NCBI RefSeq assembly: GCF_006517175.1
Contig: NZ_CP041186.1
Span: forward strand, 3,125,074-3,189,073
Source: Persicimonas caeni
GTDB lineage: Bacteria > Myxococcota_A > Bradymonadia > Bradymonadales > Bradymonadaceae
Length of the DNA stretch: 64,000 nucleotides
Reading direction: 5' to 3'
Part shown: piece by piece, positions 39,561 through 48,969 of the stretch
Position numbering within the stretch: position 1 is the stretch's first letter
How the letters are laid out: each line of letters opens with the position of its first letter
Position numbers and translations under genes: made by a program
The notes under the pieces: generated by a model
The model's input: the letters and a program-made list of their open reading frames with translations, nothing else
Told to the model about the DNA's origin: nothing
The model's database searches: none

Positions 39561-40916
39561 TCACGGCACCGTCGCCTGCCCGCTGCTATCACTGCCCCAA
39601 CAATGGGTCGTCCCATTGTCATCCACCCCGCAGGTATGCCACCGCCCCGCGTCGATGGACGTGAACACGACCGTCGTAGGCGGCGTCGATTGCCCGTAGG
39701 AGTCTTGCCCCCAACACTCGACCTGCCCAAAACCGTCGAGCACGCAGGTGTGGTTCCACCCCGACGAGATCTGCTCGTAGCCAGCCCCCGCTGGCGCGTC
39801 GCTCACCTCGCCGGCGTCGTCTTTGCCCCAGCAATTGACTTCGCCGCCCGTCGTCAGCGCGCACGTAAAGCTCTGGCCGACGCTGACCTGCGCGAAGCTG
39901 CCCTGGCGCACCTGGGCCTGGCCGTGGTCGCTGCGTCCCCAGCACCATAGCTCGTTCGACTCTTTGATCCCGCAGGTATGATGCGGCCCGGCGGCGATCT
40001 GCAAAAACTCGCCCGTCGGCGCCGAGGCCTTGCCGTCGTCGGTATTGCCCCAGCATTCGACCCGCCCGTCGACGCCGATCGCGCAGGCGTGCCGGCTGGC
40101 CGCGCTCACCTGCACGTACTCGCCGCCCAGCGGCGTCGCCATGCCGTCGGTGTCCGCGCCCCAGCACTGCAACTCGTGAGACATATCGATACCGCAGGTG
40201 TGCAGGCCCCCGGCGCTCACGTCGATGAAGCTCGCCTGCGGCGGCGTCGCCTGACCGGCGTTATCCGCGCCCCAGCACCGAACGGAGCCGCCGGCGGCGA
40301 TCTCGCAGGTGTGGTTGCCGCCGGCGCTCACCTGCGTGTCGATGCAGCTCGCGGTCGTGCTCGGCATCCAGTCCGACGAGACGGACGACGGAAGGCACAA
40401 CAGACACGCATCGTCGCTCTTGGCCTCGCCGCTCGAAAAACACGTGCCGTCGATCAGACACGCGTCCGCATTCACGCTGCCCTGCTGGCACTGCCCCAGA
40501 TCGTCGCACGTCCCCTCCCCGGTGCAGCTCAGCCCGTCATCGCAGCTCGCGCCGGGGGTCACGCGCTCCACGCAATTGCCGCGCAGACACACGTTCTCCA
40601 TGCACGGCGTGTCGATGGGCGCACACTCGACGTCCGCGCACAGGTCGGCCGCGTCCGCCTCTCCCGTATCCTCGTCGCCTGCATCCTCCCGGCCTCCATC
40701 CGGAGCGACGGTGCTGTCCTCCTCGACGTCACTCGACGCATCCTGGGGCTGCTCGGCGTCGCCGGCATCAGACACCCCCGCGTCGGCCGTGCCGTTCGGC
40801 TCGGGGTCGTCCGAACAGCCGCCCGTCGCCAGCACGGTCGCCAGCGCGACGAACAAAACAACCACCACACGACGGGATGCGGGCACGCGCCCCCGGGACA
40901 TCGAGTCTGACTTCAT
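39561..40916 (-). CDS. Secreted lipoprotein with RCC1/BLIP-II beta-propeller repeats and an N-terminal Cys-rich (EGF-like) module
   Basis: Signal peptide plus lipobox (VLFVALATVLATGGCSD). A D/E-rich linker, then a Cys-rich segment. Seven or more repeats of the CWGxxxxGQ / HTCG(I/L) type (SAGGLHTCGID, VSAASRHACAIG, IAAGPHHTCGIK...). Confidence 0.75.
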   Translation of the reverse strand: MKSDSMSRGRVPASRRVVVVLFVALATVLATGGCSDDPEPNGTADAGVSDAGDAEQPQDASSDVEEDSTVAPDGGREDAGDEDTGEADAADLCADVECAPIDTPCMENVCLRGNCVERVTPGASCDDGLSCTGEGTCDDLGQCQQGSVNADACLIDGTCFSSGEAKSDDACLLCLPSSVSSDWMPSTTASCIDTQVSAGGNHTCEIAAGGSVRCWGADNAGQATPPQASFIDVSAGGLHTCGIDMSHELQCWGADTDGMATPLGGEYVQVSAASRHACAIGVDGRVECWGNTDDGKASAPTGEFLQIAAGPHHTCGIKESNELWCWGRSDHGQAQVRQGSFAQVSVGQSFTCALTTGGEVNCWGKDDAGEVSDAPAGAGYEQISSGWNHTCVLDGFGQVECWGQDSYGQSTPPTTVVFTSIDAGRWHTCGVDDNGTTHCWGSDSSGQATVP

Positions 40917-41080
40917 ACAACTTCTCTCCAAAAGCATCGTCTTGATCAGGCGCCGTATCGCACTCTACAGACTTACCTTGCGGGCGCGTTTGCAAGCAAC
41001 CTGCGAGCACTGCTCACCGCAGTTGCCCAACCGGCCTCCCTTGGGGCACACTCGCCCAGCAAAACGTTTCTCCAGATTCG

Positions 41081-41455
41081 GTGCATGTCATGCTCTTCGA
41101 AGTCCTCGTCGGCGTATTTTTCATCGCGGTAGGCGCTGCGGTGACGCTCTACCAACAGCACAAGACGTACAAGCCCCCCGAGGGGAGCGCCCTCGACGAG
41201 CCGATCAAGTTCGACGAGCTGCGCAACAAGCCCGCCAAGCTCGCCCGCGTGGCCGACAAGATCTCGTCGGTGGGCATCATCCGCTTCGAACAGATCGAGG
41301 GCCGCAACGAGCACACGGTCTACGAGGCCTTCGTCATCGACAGCAACGGGATCCCGGTCACGATCGCCCAAGAGCTCGATCATGCGACCGCGCTCGAAAA
41401 GGCCCAGTGGCTCGCCGCCAAGCTCGACGTGCCCCTCGACGACCAATCCGACTGA
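41081..41455 (+). CDS. Hypothetical small membrane-anchored protein
   Basis: 124-aa ORF with an N-terminal TM helix (LFEVLVGVFFIAVGAAVTLY) and normal codon usage. No recognisable motif. Confidence 0.4.
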   Translation: MHVMLFEVLVGVFFIAVGAAVTLYQQHKTYKPPEGSALDEPIKFDELRNKPAKLARVADKISSVGIIRFEQIEGRNEHTVYEAFVIDSNGIPVTIAQELDHATALEKAQWLAAKLDVPLDDQSD

Positions 41456-41581
41456 CTCACCTCTCCCTACCTCTTCCTCCCCCCACCTCCCCCTCCCATT
41501 GTATCGCAACCTCGCTTCCGCTATGCACAAGGCGAGGATCGACAATTCGACCACAATGAATACCACTGGAGGGAGAGGAGT

Positions 41582-44500
41582 ATGAGGTACTGTAGAGACG
41601 CAACTGTTTCACCTGCGGCCGGCGCGATGCGCCTGCTCGCCCTGATCGGCCTGCTCGCCTTGACGATCGTCGGCACTGCGTGCTCCGACGACGAGGAGCC
41701 GCCCGCCGAGACGACGACGCCGCAGATCTCCGCCTTTGCGGCCGAGCCTGCGACCATCACCGCCGGTGAGCCGGCCACGCTCAACTGGACGATCGCCAAC
41801 GCGACCTCGGCCGAGATCTCGGTCGTCGACGGCGACTTCAGCCACACGATCGCCGACGAGAACCTCGCCTCCGGCTCGCTCGAAGTCACCCCCGAGGCGA
41901 CGACCACCTACGTGCTGACCGCCGTCAACGGCGACAAAGAGGCGACCGCGCAGGTCGAAGTCACCGTCGAGGAGCCGGTCGCCGCGCCCAGCGTCGACAG
42001 CTTCGAGGCCTCGCCCGAGACGATCACCGAAGGCGAGACGGCCACCCTCAGTTGGACGACGACCGGGGCTACTTCGCTCGCGCTCGTCGACGGCGACGGC
42101 AACGACATCGACCTGGGCGACGCCGACGTCGACTCGGGCTCGGTCGACGTCTCGCCGACCGCAGACACCACCTACACCCTGACGGCCACCAACGATGGCG
42201 GCAGCGACCAACAGAGCGTGACCGTCTCCGTCGACGCGCTGCCCGACGCCCCGACCATCGACGCCTTCTCGGTCTCGCCGAACCCGGCGCAGGTCGGCGG
42301 CACCGTTACCGTCTCCTGGGATGTCACCGGCGCCGACACCCTCACCCTCGAATCGGACGCCGACGGCGCCATCGACATCAGCAGCGAGCCGACCGACACA
42401 GGCTCGATCGACGTGACCGTGCCCGACCAGACCGACGTGGTCTACACGCTCACCGCCGAGAACGCCGGCGGCACCGCCACCCAGGACTTCACCCTGACCA
42501 CCGGCGACGCGGTCACCATCGCCTCGTTCACCGCCGACCCCAGCGACACGATCGTCCAGGGCGACAGCGTCACGCTGAGCTGGTCGGTCGCCAACGCCAC
42601 CGACGTCACCCTCGAGTCCGACATCACCGGCGCCATCGACCTGAGCAACCTGGCCACGCCCGGCGAGATCTCGCTGCAGCCCCAGCAGACCACGACCTAC
42701 ACGCTGACCGCCGAGGGCCTCGGTGGCCCGGTCACCGAGACCTTGACCGTCGACGTCGCCCCGCCGGTCGCCATCACCGACTTTAGCGCCAGCCCGCAGA
42801 CCGACGTCGCCCCGGGCTCCGACGTCACCCTCAGCTGGACCGTCACCGGCGCCACCCAGATCGACATCGAGGATAGCGCCGCCAACTCGGTCTACTCGGG
42901 CACCGACCTGACCGGCACGGTCACCGTCACCCCCTCGGCCGACGAGACCTACACGATCACGGCGAGCAACGCGGGCAGCTCGGACACCGCCGACGTCACC
43001 GTCACCGTGCTTTCCGCCCCCACGATCAACACGTTCGGCGCCACGCCCGACACCGACGTCCCCGCAGGCTCCGACGTCACCCTGAGCTGGGACGTCTCCA
43101 ACGCAGCCCAGGTCGACATCGTCGACGACGCCGCCACCTCGATCTACTCGGGCAGCGACGCCACCGGCACCGTCACGGTCAACCCGACCGCCGACGTGAC
43201 CTACACCCTGACGGCGACCAACGCCAACGGCTCGGACACCGCCGACGTCACCGTGACCACCGTGGCCGCGATCACCATCGACAGCTTCAGCGCCGACACC
43301 ACCACGACCGTCTCCGGTGAAGCCGTCCAACTGAGCTGGACGACCACCAACGGCAACGCGCTGACGATCACCGGCGACGCGGGCATCACCAACTACACCG
43401 CCGCCAGCGGCGAAGTCGCCTCGGGCACCCTCGTGGTGCGCCCGCAGACGACCACCATCTATACGCTCACCCTCGACGGGCCGGGCAACCAGCAGCAGAC
43501 CTCCACGCTCACCGTCACCGTCGACGCCGCCAACCTGGTCATCAGCGAGGTGCTCTATGACGTGGCCGGAAGCGACGACACCTACGAATGGATCGAGGTC
43601 TACAACGCCGGCGACACCTTCGTGGACCTGTCGAATTACTCGATGGGCGGCGGCGGGAGCGACTACACCTACTCGCAGCTCGACCTGAGCGGCACCCTCG
43701 CCCCGCAGGGCTGCGCGGTCTTCGGCGGGCCGGCCTCCACCGCCGACAACGCCAACCCGACCTTCTTCGACGGCACCGGCACCGACATCGTCAACGACCT
43801 GCAAAACGGCGGCAGCACCGCCGACGGCGTGGCGCTCTTCTTCGCCCCCTCGGCCAACGTCGACGCCTCCAGCGTGCCCATCGACTCGGTGCTGTACGGC
43901 GACGCCAACAGCTCCGGGCTGCTCGGCGAAGACGGCTCCGCCGACACCGAGCTCTCCCCGGACGTCGCCAGCGGCTCGAGCCTCGCGCGCATCTCGCCGA
44001 CGAGCGACGTCTTCGTCGAGCGCACCTCGCCGACGCCCGGGCGCTGCTTCAACGCCACCACCGTCAGCTCGGCCAGCGCCCCCGCCGACACCACCGGCAC
44101 CACCACCATCGAGGGCTTCGGCCTCGACCCGGCCCTCGACACCTACGAACTCGAGGACGACAGCGGCACCGCCTTCGTGCTCACCAACTGCACCGAGACG
44201 AGCCAAGACGTCGTCGAATGCACCGTCCCGGTGCTCACGAGCGCCTCGTCGGCCGCCCTCGACCTGGTGATCACCCGCAACCTCGAGTACACCCCCGACG
44301 CCGACGGCGACCCCACGGCGACCCCGGCCGCCCAGCCGCAGGAGTTCCGCCTCGCCGACGCCTACGCGCCGAGCAACACCATCAACTGGTGCAACGTCCA
44401 GTTTCCCCCCACCGCCACACTCACCACGGGCGGCACCACGATCGTCTACGGCCAGCTCTACATCGCCGGGTACACCGACACGCAGTCGACCGTCTTCGAC

Positions 44501-44782
44501 TCTCCGTCCATCGTCTCGCAGCTGGGCGTCGGCCCCGACAACAGCGACCCGTCCACGGCCACCGGCTGGTCCTGGACCGACGCGTCGCCGAACACGGGCT
44601 TCGACTTCTCCCAGAATAACGACGAGTACCAGGCCACGCTCACCGCTCCGGCGACCGCCGGAAACTACGACTACGCCTATCGCTTCTCGGGCGACGGCGG
44701 CCAGACCTGGACCTACTGCGACAGCAACGGTCCCGGCGACGGCTACGTACCGAGCGACGCCGGCCAGTTGACGGTGAACTAA
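41582..44782 (+). CDS. Large secreted protein: lipoprotein-type signal, about 9 tandem ~85-aa Ig-like/Big-type repeats, lamin-tail domain (LTD), C-terminal beta domain
   Basis: Strong RBS. Signal MRLLALIGLLALTIVGTACSD. Repeats of the form SF.A.P.TI..G..ATLSW.V..A..V.L......ID..........V.P...TTYTLTA.N. LTD signature LVISEVLYDVAGSDDTYEWIEVYNAGDTFVDLSNY. Confidence 0.75.
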   Translation: MRYCRDATVSPAAGAMRLLALIGLLALTIVGTACSDDEEPPAETTTPQISAFAAEPATITAGEPATLNWTIANATSAEISVVDGDFSHTIADENLASGSLEVTPEATTTYVLTAVNGDKEATAQVEVTVEEPVAAPSVDSFEASPETITEGETATLSWTTTGATSLALVDGDGNDIDLGDADVDSGSVDVSPTADTTYTLTATNDGGSDQQSVTVSVDALPDAPTIDAFSVSPNPAQVGGTVTVSWDVTGADTLTLESDADGAIDISSEPTDTGSIDVTVPDQTDVVYTLTAENAGGTATQDFTLTTGDAVTIASFTADPSDTIVQGDSVTLSWSVANATDVTLESDITGAIDLSNLATPGEISLQPQQTTTYTLTAEGLGGPVTETLTVDVAPPVAITDFSASPQTDVAPGSDVTLSWTVTGATQIDIEDSAANSVYSGTDLTGTVTVTPSADETYTITASNAGSSDTADVTVTVLSAPTINTFGATPDTDVPAGSDVTLSWDVSNAAQVDIVDDAATSIYSGSDATGTVTVNPTADVTYTLTATNANGSDTADVTVTTVAAITIDSFSADTTTTVSGEAVQLSWTTTNGNALTITGDAGITNYTAASGEVASGTLVVRPQTTTIYTLTLDGPGNQQQTSTLTVTVDAANLVISEVLYDVAGSDDTYEWIEVYNAGDTFVDLSNYSMGGGGSDYTYSQLDLSGTLAPQGCAVFGGPASTADNANPTFFDGTGTDIVNDLQNGGSTADGVALFFAPSANVDASSVPIDSVLYGDANSSGLLGEDGSADTELSPDVASGSSLARISPTSDVFVERTSPTPGRCFNATTVSSASAPADTTGTTTIEGFGLDPALDTYELEDDSGTAFVLTNCTETSQDVVECTVPVLTSASSAALDLVITRNLEYTPDADGDPTATPAAQPQEFRLADAYAPSNTINWCNVQFPPTATLTTGGTTIVYGQLYIAGYTDTQSTVFDSPSIVSQLGVGPDNSDPSTATGWSWTDASPNTGFDFSQNNDEYQATLTAPATAGNYDYAYRFSGDGGQTWTYCDSNGPGDGYVPSDAGQLTVN

Positions 44783-44814
44783 GCTCGCCCCGCGTGCACA
44801 ACATGCGGGCACAA

Positions 44815-44852
44815 AAAAAGGCCGCCGAGGATTGCCTCGGCGGCCTTTTTTC
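44815..44852. terminator. Bidirectional rho-independent terminator (aaaaaggccgccgaggattgcctcggcggcctttttt)
   Basis: GC-rich 13-bp stem with A-run and T-run flanks, between convergent genes ending at 44782 and 44873. Confidence 0.75.
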
Positions 44853-44872
44853 ATGTCACACACGCGAGCTTC

Positions 44873-45217
44873 TCAGCCGCGATAGACCCGCTCCATGCGG
44901 TTGGTCAGCCGGTTGAGGCCGCCACCCATGAAGGTCTTTTGGACCTCGCCGTCCTTGTAGATGACCGTGAACGGAAGGTCGGTCACGTCGGCCAGCCACG
45001 GGCTCTGCTTTTTGAACCCGGCCAGACCCGGCTGATTGATGATCAGCTTGCCGAAGCGCACGTCGTCCCATCCCTCGCAGCCTTCGCACCACTCGGTGAG
45101 CTCTTTGGCGAACGCATCACATGCGGGGCAGTCAGACTTGCCGAGCATCAGCACGGCCTTGGGCGAATTGACGAACTCTTCCCAGTTGTCGCGTCCAATG
45201 ATTTCAAATTCCGCCAT
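44873..45217 (-). CDS. Thioredoxin-family protein (CxxC)
   Basis: 114-aa ORF with a CPAC active-site motif in a thioredoxin-fold context (AVLMLGKSDCPACDAF). Confidence 0.7.
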   Translation of the reverse strand: MAEFEIIGRDNWEEFVNSPKAVLMLGKSDCPACDAFAKELTEWCEGCEGWDDVRFGKLIINQPGLAGFKKQSPWLADVTDLPFTVIYKDGEVQKTFMGGGLNRLTNRMERVYRG

Positions 45218-45338
45218 GATTTACTTCCTTGGGGTTTGAGGCGTTGGGGGTTGGGACTTACCACGGGGGCCACGGCGAACACGGTGAACGACATTATTGT
45301 TCTTCCCCGTACTCCCCGTGGTGAATTACATGCAGTTC

Positions 45339-45884
45339 TCAGTCAGTCTCGACGAACTCTGCGCCCGGCTCCCACTCGGCGCCGCAAAGGCCACCCGACT
45401 GGAGCGCCTGCACGGTGCGCAGCACCTCTTTGGCGCTACGGCCGACGCCGGCCTCGTCGCGGTCGATGTCGTTGACCGACAGCGACTTGATGCGGCCTTC
45501 GGGGTTGACGACCACGGTGGCGCGGAAGGCGATGCCGTTCTCTTCTTCGTAGACGCCGAACGCCTTGCTCACCGAGTGGTTCGTGTCGGCGAGCACCGGG
45601 TGGGTGATGCCCTCTTCGAAGGTCTCTCCGTCTTCGAACCAGTTCTTGTGGCTGAAGAACGAGTCGGTGCTGCAGCCGATCACGGCCACGCCGTCGTCGG
45701 CGAAGTCTTCCTGCAGCTCTTCAAACTCACGGATCTCGGTGGGGCAGATGAACGTGAAGTCGGCCGGGTACCAGTAAAGCACGTACCACTGACCCTCATA
45801 GTCCTTGCTCGAGACGGTCTTGTTCTCGCCTTTGACGTATGCTGCTGCTTCCCACTCAGGTGCCTGCTGTCCTACGATCGTCAT
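45339..45884 (-). CDS. Peroxiredoxin (AhpC/TSA 2-Cys family)
   Basis: Peroxidatic Cys motif YPADFTFICPTEI. Start at MTIVGQQAPEW. ORF track extends further upstream. Confidence 0.8.
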   Translation of the reverse strand: MTIVGQQAPEWEAAAYVKGENKTVSSKDYEGQWYVLYWYPADFTFICPTEIREFEELQEDFADDGVAVIGCSTDSFFSHKNWFEDGETFEEGITHPVLADTNHSVSKAFGVYEEENGIAFRATVVVNPEGRIKSLSVNDIDRDEAGVGRSAKEVLRTVQALQSGGLCGAEWEPGAEFVETD

Positions 45885-46221
45885 TGGGTTCCTCGCTTCC
45901 TGATTACAGAAATACAAATTGGTACTCTTAGATGCGCAATCGCGCCGGCCGTTACATGCGCCGGTGCACTCGCGCCCCGGAGAGTAAAGGGACATCTTGT
46001 GCTGTCAATCCCCCATCGGGGATCGCCAGGCAGAGTAATTAAGAACGATTCTAAATTATTTCAAGCCCCGATTTCGTCCGGCGGCGTCACCCCTCGGAGC
46101 AACGGGTTTGTGGAGGGCCCTACCTCGCAGCAGCGTCTATCGTTTGCACAAGCGCTGCGGCTTCGCTATCACACCCGGCGTCGAACGATACCTTCTGGCA
46201 CTACGAATTCGGAGAACCACG

Positions 46222-46809
46222 ATGTACCTCTACAAAGCACTCACGGGCGCAGCCCTGCTGCTCCTCGTCGCCGCTTGCAGCAACACCGTCGGCCGCAGCA
46301 TCAGCCGCGACCACGTCGGCACCAAATACGCCAAGCTGCAGGGTTATTTTCGCGCCGCCGACATGGTCGAAGAGGTCCCCGGCGACATCCGCCACGACGC
46401 GGTCCTGGACGAGGCGATCTTGACCAAAGCGGGCGACGCCGAGACCTGCGCCGAGGTGACCATCCGCACCGCGCGCCGCTACGACGAGCCCATCTCCCAG
46501 CAAAGCCCCACCTGCCAGGCCGCCGGCCAGACCGCCGAGGCGATCGCCGACAACGAGACGGTCAGCGTCTACGACTACAGCTACGCCGGCCGCATCGAGA
46601 CGGTCGCCGTCGACGCCGTCGCCCTCGACGAGTACGTCGGCCTGTCCATCTCCGAGCCGGCCGAAAAGATCTTCCGCGTCGTCGAGCGCAAGGCCACCGT
46701 CTGCTGCCCCATCTCCGGCCACTCCGGCGTCGAGCTCACCTTCGAGAACTCGCGCATGGACTACAACAACCTGGCCTACGGGCTGGGCTTCGACTGGAAG
46801 CTGCAATAA
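46222..46809 (+). CDS. Hypothetical lipoprotein
   Basis: Signal plus lipobox (MYLYKALTGAALLLLVAACSN). Coding-like composition, no recognisable domain. Confidence 0.5.
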   Translation: MYLYKALTGAALLLLVAACSNTVGRSISRDHVGTKYAKLQGYFRAADMVEEVPGDIRHDAVLDEAILTKAGDAETCAEVTIRTARRYDEPISQQSPTCQAAGQTAEAIADNETVSVYDYSYAGRIETVAVDAVALDEYVGLSISEPAEKIFRVVERKATVCCPISGHSGVELTFENSRMDYNNLAYGLGFDWKLQ

Positions 46810-46840
46810 GCGTCGACATTTGTTCGGTGCGGCCCCGGGC

Positions 46841-48010
46841 TCACCGCCGACACCCGATACGCTCGGTCGCCACCACCACATCGTCGTACAGGATCGTCTG
46901 CTCGTCGGAGACGGTCAGCCCGCGGTCTTCGAGCGCCTGCTGTTTGCGCGCGCTCGAGCCGCGCTCGTAATACGCGTCGAGGATGACGCGCTTGAAGCCG
47001 ACCTCCTCGGAGGTGCGGAAGTTGAAGCCCTCGAAGGGCTCGGGCTCGCCGCACGCGCTCCAGTCGCAGCCGTCGGTGTGGAATTGGTCGCGCAGCCAGG
47101 TCCCCTCGGGGTGGCCGGCGCGGTACTCGCCGACCGGCTCGCCGTCCACCCAGAAGGCCAACTCCCCGTCCATCTGCCCGGGCGTATTCGCCTTCGCGCG
47201 CATCTCGATGCACACCCACTCGTCGAGGGGATAGGGCTGCTGGCCGGGCGGGCGGAAGGTGTTGCCATAGTGGTACGTCGTGCCCTGGTCGCCCGCGCAG
47301 CCGGGCTCGGCGGTGCCGTCGTTGCAGCGCCCCGAGCGCATCTCGTGCCAGTAGACGTAGAAGTTGAAGACGTTGTCGTTGTTGATGTCGAAGTCGAACC
47401 AGAACCCCTCGTCCCCCGGCGGCACGGTGTTGGCCAATCCGCTCGAGTTCCACGACGCGTTGCCCGCCGACACGCGCACCCAGTGGTGCGGGTTGGGGGC
47501 CACGTGCGGAAAGCGCGCGTAGAAGCGCCAATAGATCTCGTCGACCCGCTCGAAGCCCACCCGCGACGCCGACGAGATATACTGGTCATTCGCCAAATCC
47601 TCGGTGGTCACCGTCGAGCGCAGGTAGCCGCTGCCCGAGTGGGCGACCGCAGCGTCGTCCTGCATCGTCAGGTACTGCGTATCCGCCTGCGGCGCATCCC
47701 AGCGCCCCCACCCCGCCTCGAAATCGTCGAAAAAGAGCACCGCCGAATCCTCGGCCATCCCCTCATCCCCCGGATAACGCTCACTGAGCGTCGCCGCGTC
47801 GGCCTGTACGTCGGCTTGCGTGTCCGCCAGCACGTCCTCCGACACATCGGCCGCCGTCGTATCCGCCGCATCACTCGTCGCCACGTCGACCAACTCCCCG
47901 TCGCCTCCCGAGGAGCCGCCGTCGTCGCAACCGAGCGAGGCGAGCAGAAGCACCGAACACAAACCGACCACCAGACGTGCACCCATCATCATCCTCCGAC
48001 CACGAGTCAT
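46841..48010 (-). CDS. Secreted lipoprotein, possible polysaccharide-lyase/concanavalin-like fold (function unknown)
   Basis: Signal plus lipobox (LVVGLCSVLLLASLGCDD), an acidic linker, then a beta-rich domain with W/Y/H-rich segments. I cannot assign a family from sequence alone. Confidence 0.5.
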   Translation of the reverse strand: MTRGRRMMMGARLVVGLCSVLLLASLGCDDGGSSGGDGELVDVATSDAADTTAADVSEDVLADTQADVQADAATLSERYPGDEGMAEDSAVLFFDDFEAGWGRWDAPQADTQYLTMQDDAAVAHSGSGYLRSTVTTEDLANDQYISSASRVGFERVDEIYWRFYARFPHVAPNPHHWVRVSAGNASWNSSGLANTVPPGDEGFWFDFDINNDNVFNFYVYWHEMRSGRCNDGTAEPGCAGDQGTTYHYGNTFRPPGQQPYPLDEWVCIEMRAKANTPGQMDGELAFWVDGEPVGEYRAGHPEGTWLRDQFHTDGCDWSACGEPEPFEGFNFRTSEEVGFKRVILDAYYERGSSARKQQALEDRGLTVSDEQTILYDDVVVATERIGCRR

Positions 48011-48055
48011 TCACACAAACGAGCCCCCATCTTGCCCGGAGACACCGCGCCAAGG

Positions 48056-48265
48056 CAACATCTTCCTCCCCTGCGCGAAGCACAGCGGAGCGTAGGGGAG
48101 GACCGAGGAGGGGACTCCTCCTCCGCGAAGCAACGCGAAGTGGAGGAGGACCGAGGAGGAGGCCGGGCTCCATAATCGAACCCCGCTACGGGCAACGCTC
48201 GACTCCCTCCGGTCGCCTCGCTCGCCCGCAGCTACAAGTTCCGTTTCACCCACAAGGGGTTCGAG
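48056..48265. repeat. Composite repeat: family-A half-element + family-B element (second copy of the 38771-38980 arrangement)
   Basis: caacatcttcctcccctgcgcgaagca...ggaggaccgaggagg followed by ccgctacgggcaacgctcg...cccgcagctacaagttccgtttcacccacaaggggttcgagg. Confidence 0.8.
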
Positions 48266-48504
48266 GCTGTCGGCCCCGCAAGAAATCACGTCCCGCGCCG
48301 GTCGAAGCCAGACGCACAAGCGCCCAGGACCGCCGCACCTACAGGGCCGGAGGTTGTGGTGGATGAGCCGGTCGGGCCGGTCGAGCCGGTTGGGGTGTAG
48401 GACTCCCAGCCAGGTTGACCGGCCCCCGGGGCGGCCTACGCCGCCCGGCCCCCCGCCGCTCATTGAGCACACATAAATCCGTGTACTGGCCAAGAGGCCA
48501 ACTC

Positions 48505-48675
48505 AGTGCCCGTGACCGCGCCCGCGCCCGCGACCGCGCCCCGTTGTTGAACTGCCAAGAGGTCGCCACTGGCGTTTGCTTCGAACCCACCCGATTTGCT
48601 CGTCTGAAACCACAACGCATCTTCGAAGGCCTTGCAGCTCTAAACGGCGGGGCGCGGTCGCGGTCACGGTCGCGG
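48505..48675. repeat. Inverted repeat of about 30 bp (cccgtgaccgcgcccgcgcccgcgaccgcgccccg / cggggcgcggtcgcggtcacggtcgcggg) enclosing an about 100-bp loop
   Basis: Complementarity is visible directly. It lies in a 680-bp region with no convincing ORF. Confidence 0.6.
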
Positions 48676-48699
48676 GTTCGAATCGACCGTCGCCGCCAA

Positions 48700-48864
48700 T
48701 TAAGTAACTGCACGAAGATTCTGCGGTCATCTCGGCGGTTCTGAGCGCCAATGACTGCGTTGCTTCTTCTCGACGATGCGCTGCATCGCCTCGGCGTCGC
48801 GCCTTGTCCTTGACACTCAGTCCTCGCCGAGGCTTTCCCGCACAATCTCCGTGCAGTTACTTAG
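48700..48864. repeat. MITE-like element family E (about 165 bp; terminal inverted repeats ttaagtaactgcacgaagattctgcgg / ccgcacaatctccgtgcagttacttag)
   Basis: A second copy in opposite orientation lies at 50304-50472, with about 80 % identical internal sequence. Confidence 0.75.
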
Positions 48865-48969
48865 AAACTCCTGATCAATCATGAGCCGCTCCGTGCGCGG
48901 GGGGCAGCGTAGCGAACCTCTCATACCTTCAACTACAACACCTCGACGCCACCCACCCCAACGAGTAAG

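Noticed and set aside
45890-46220. Near-palindrome agaacgattct and AT-rich stretch upstream of the peroxiredoxin as a PerR/OxyR box
   Set aside because: Only a short imperfect palindrome that does not match a specific known box consensus. It is mentioned only as a possibility.
48630-48700. tRNA or tRNA fragment suggested by gggttcgaatc...gccgcca
   Set aside because: Manual folding fails. The T-stem does not pair (gcggg vs cgacc), and no acceptor, D or anticodon arms can be formed. At most it is a degenerate remnant.
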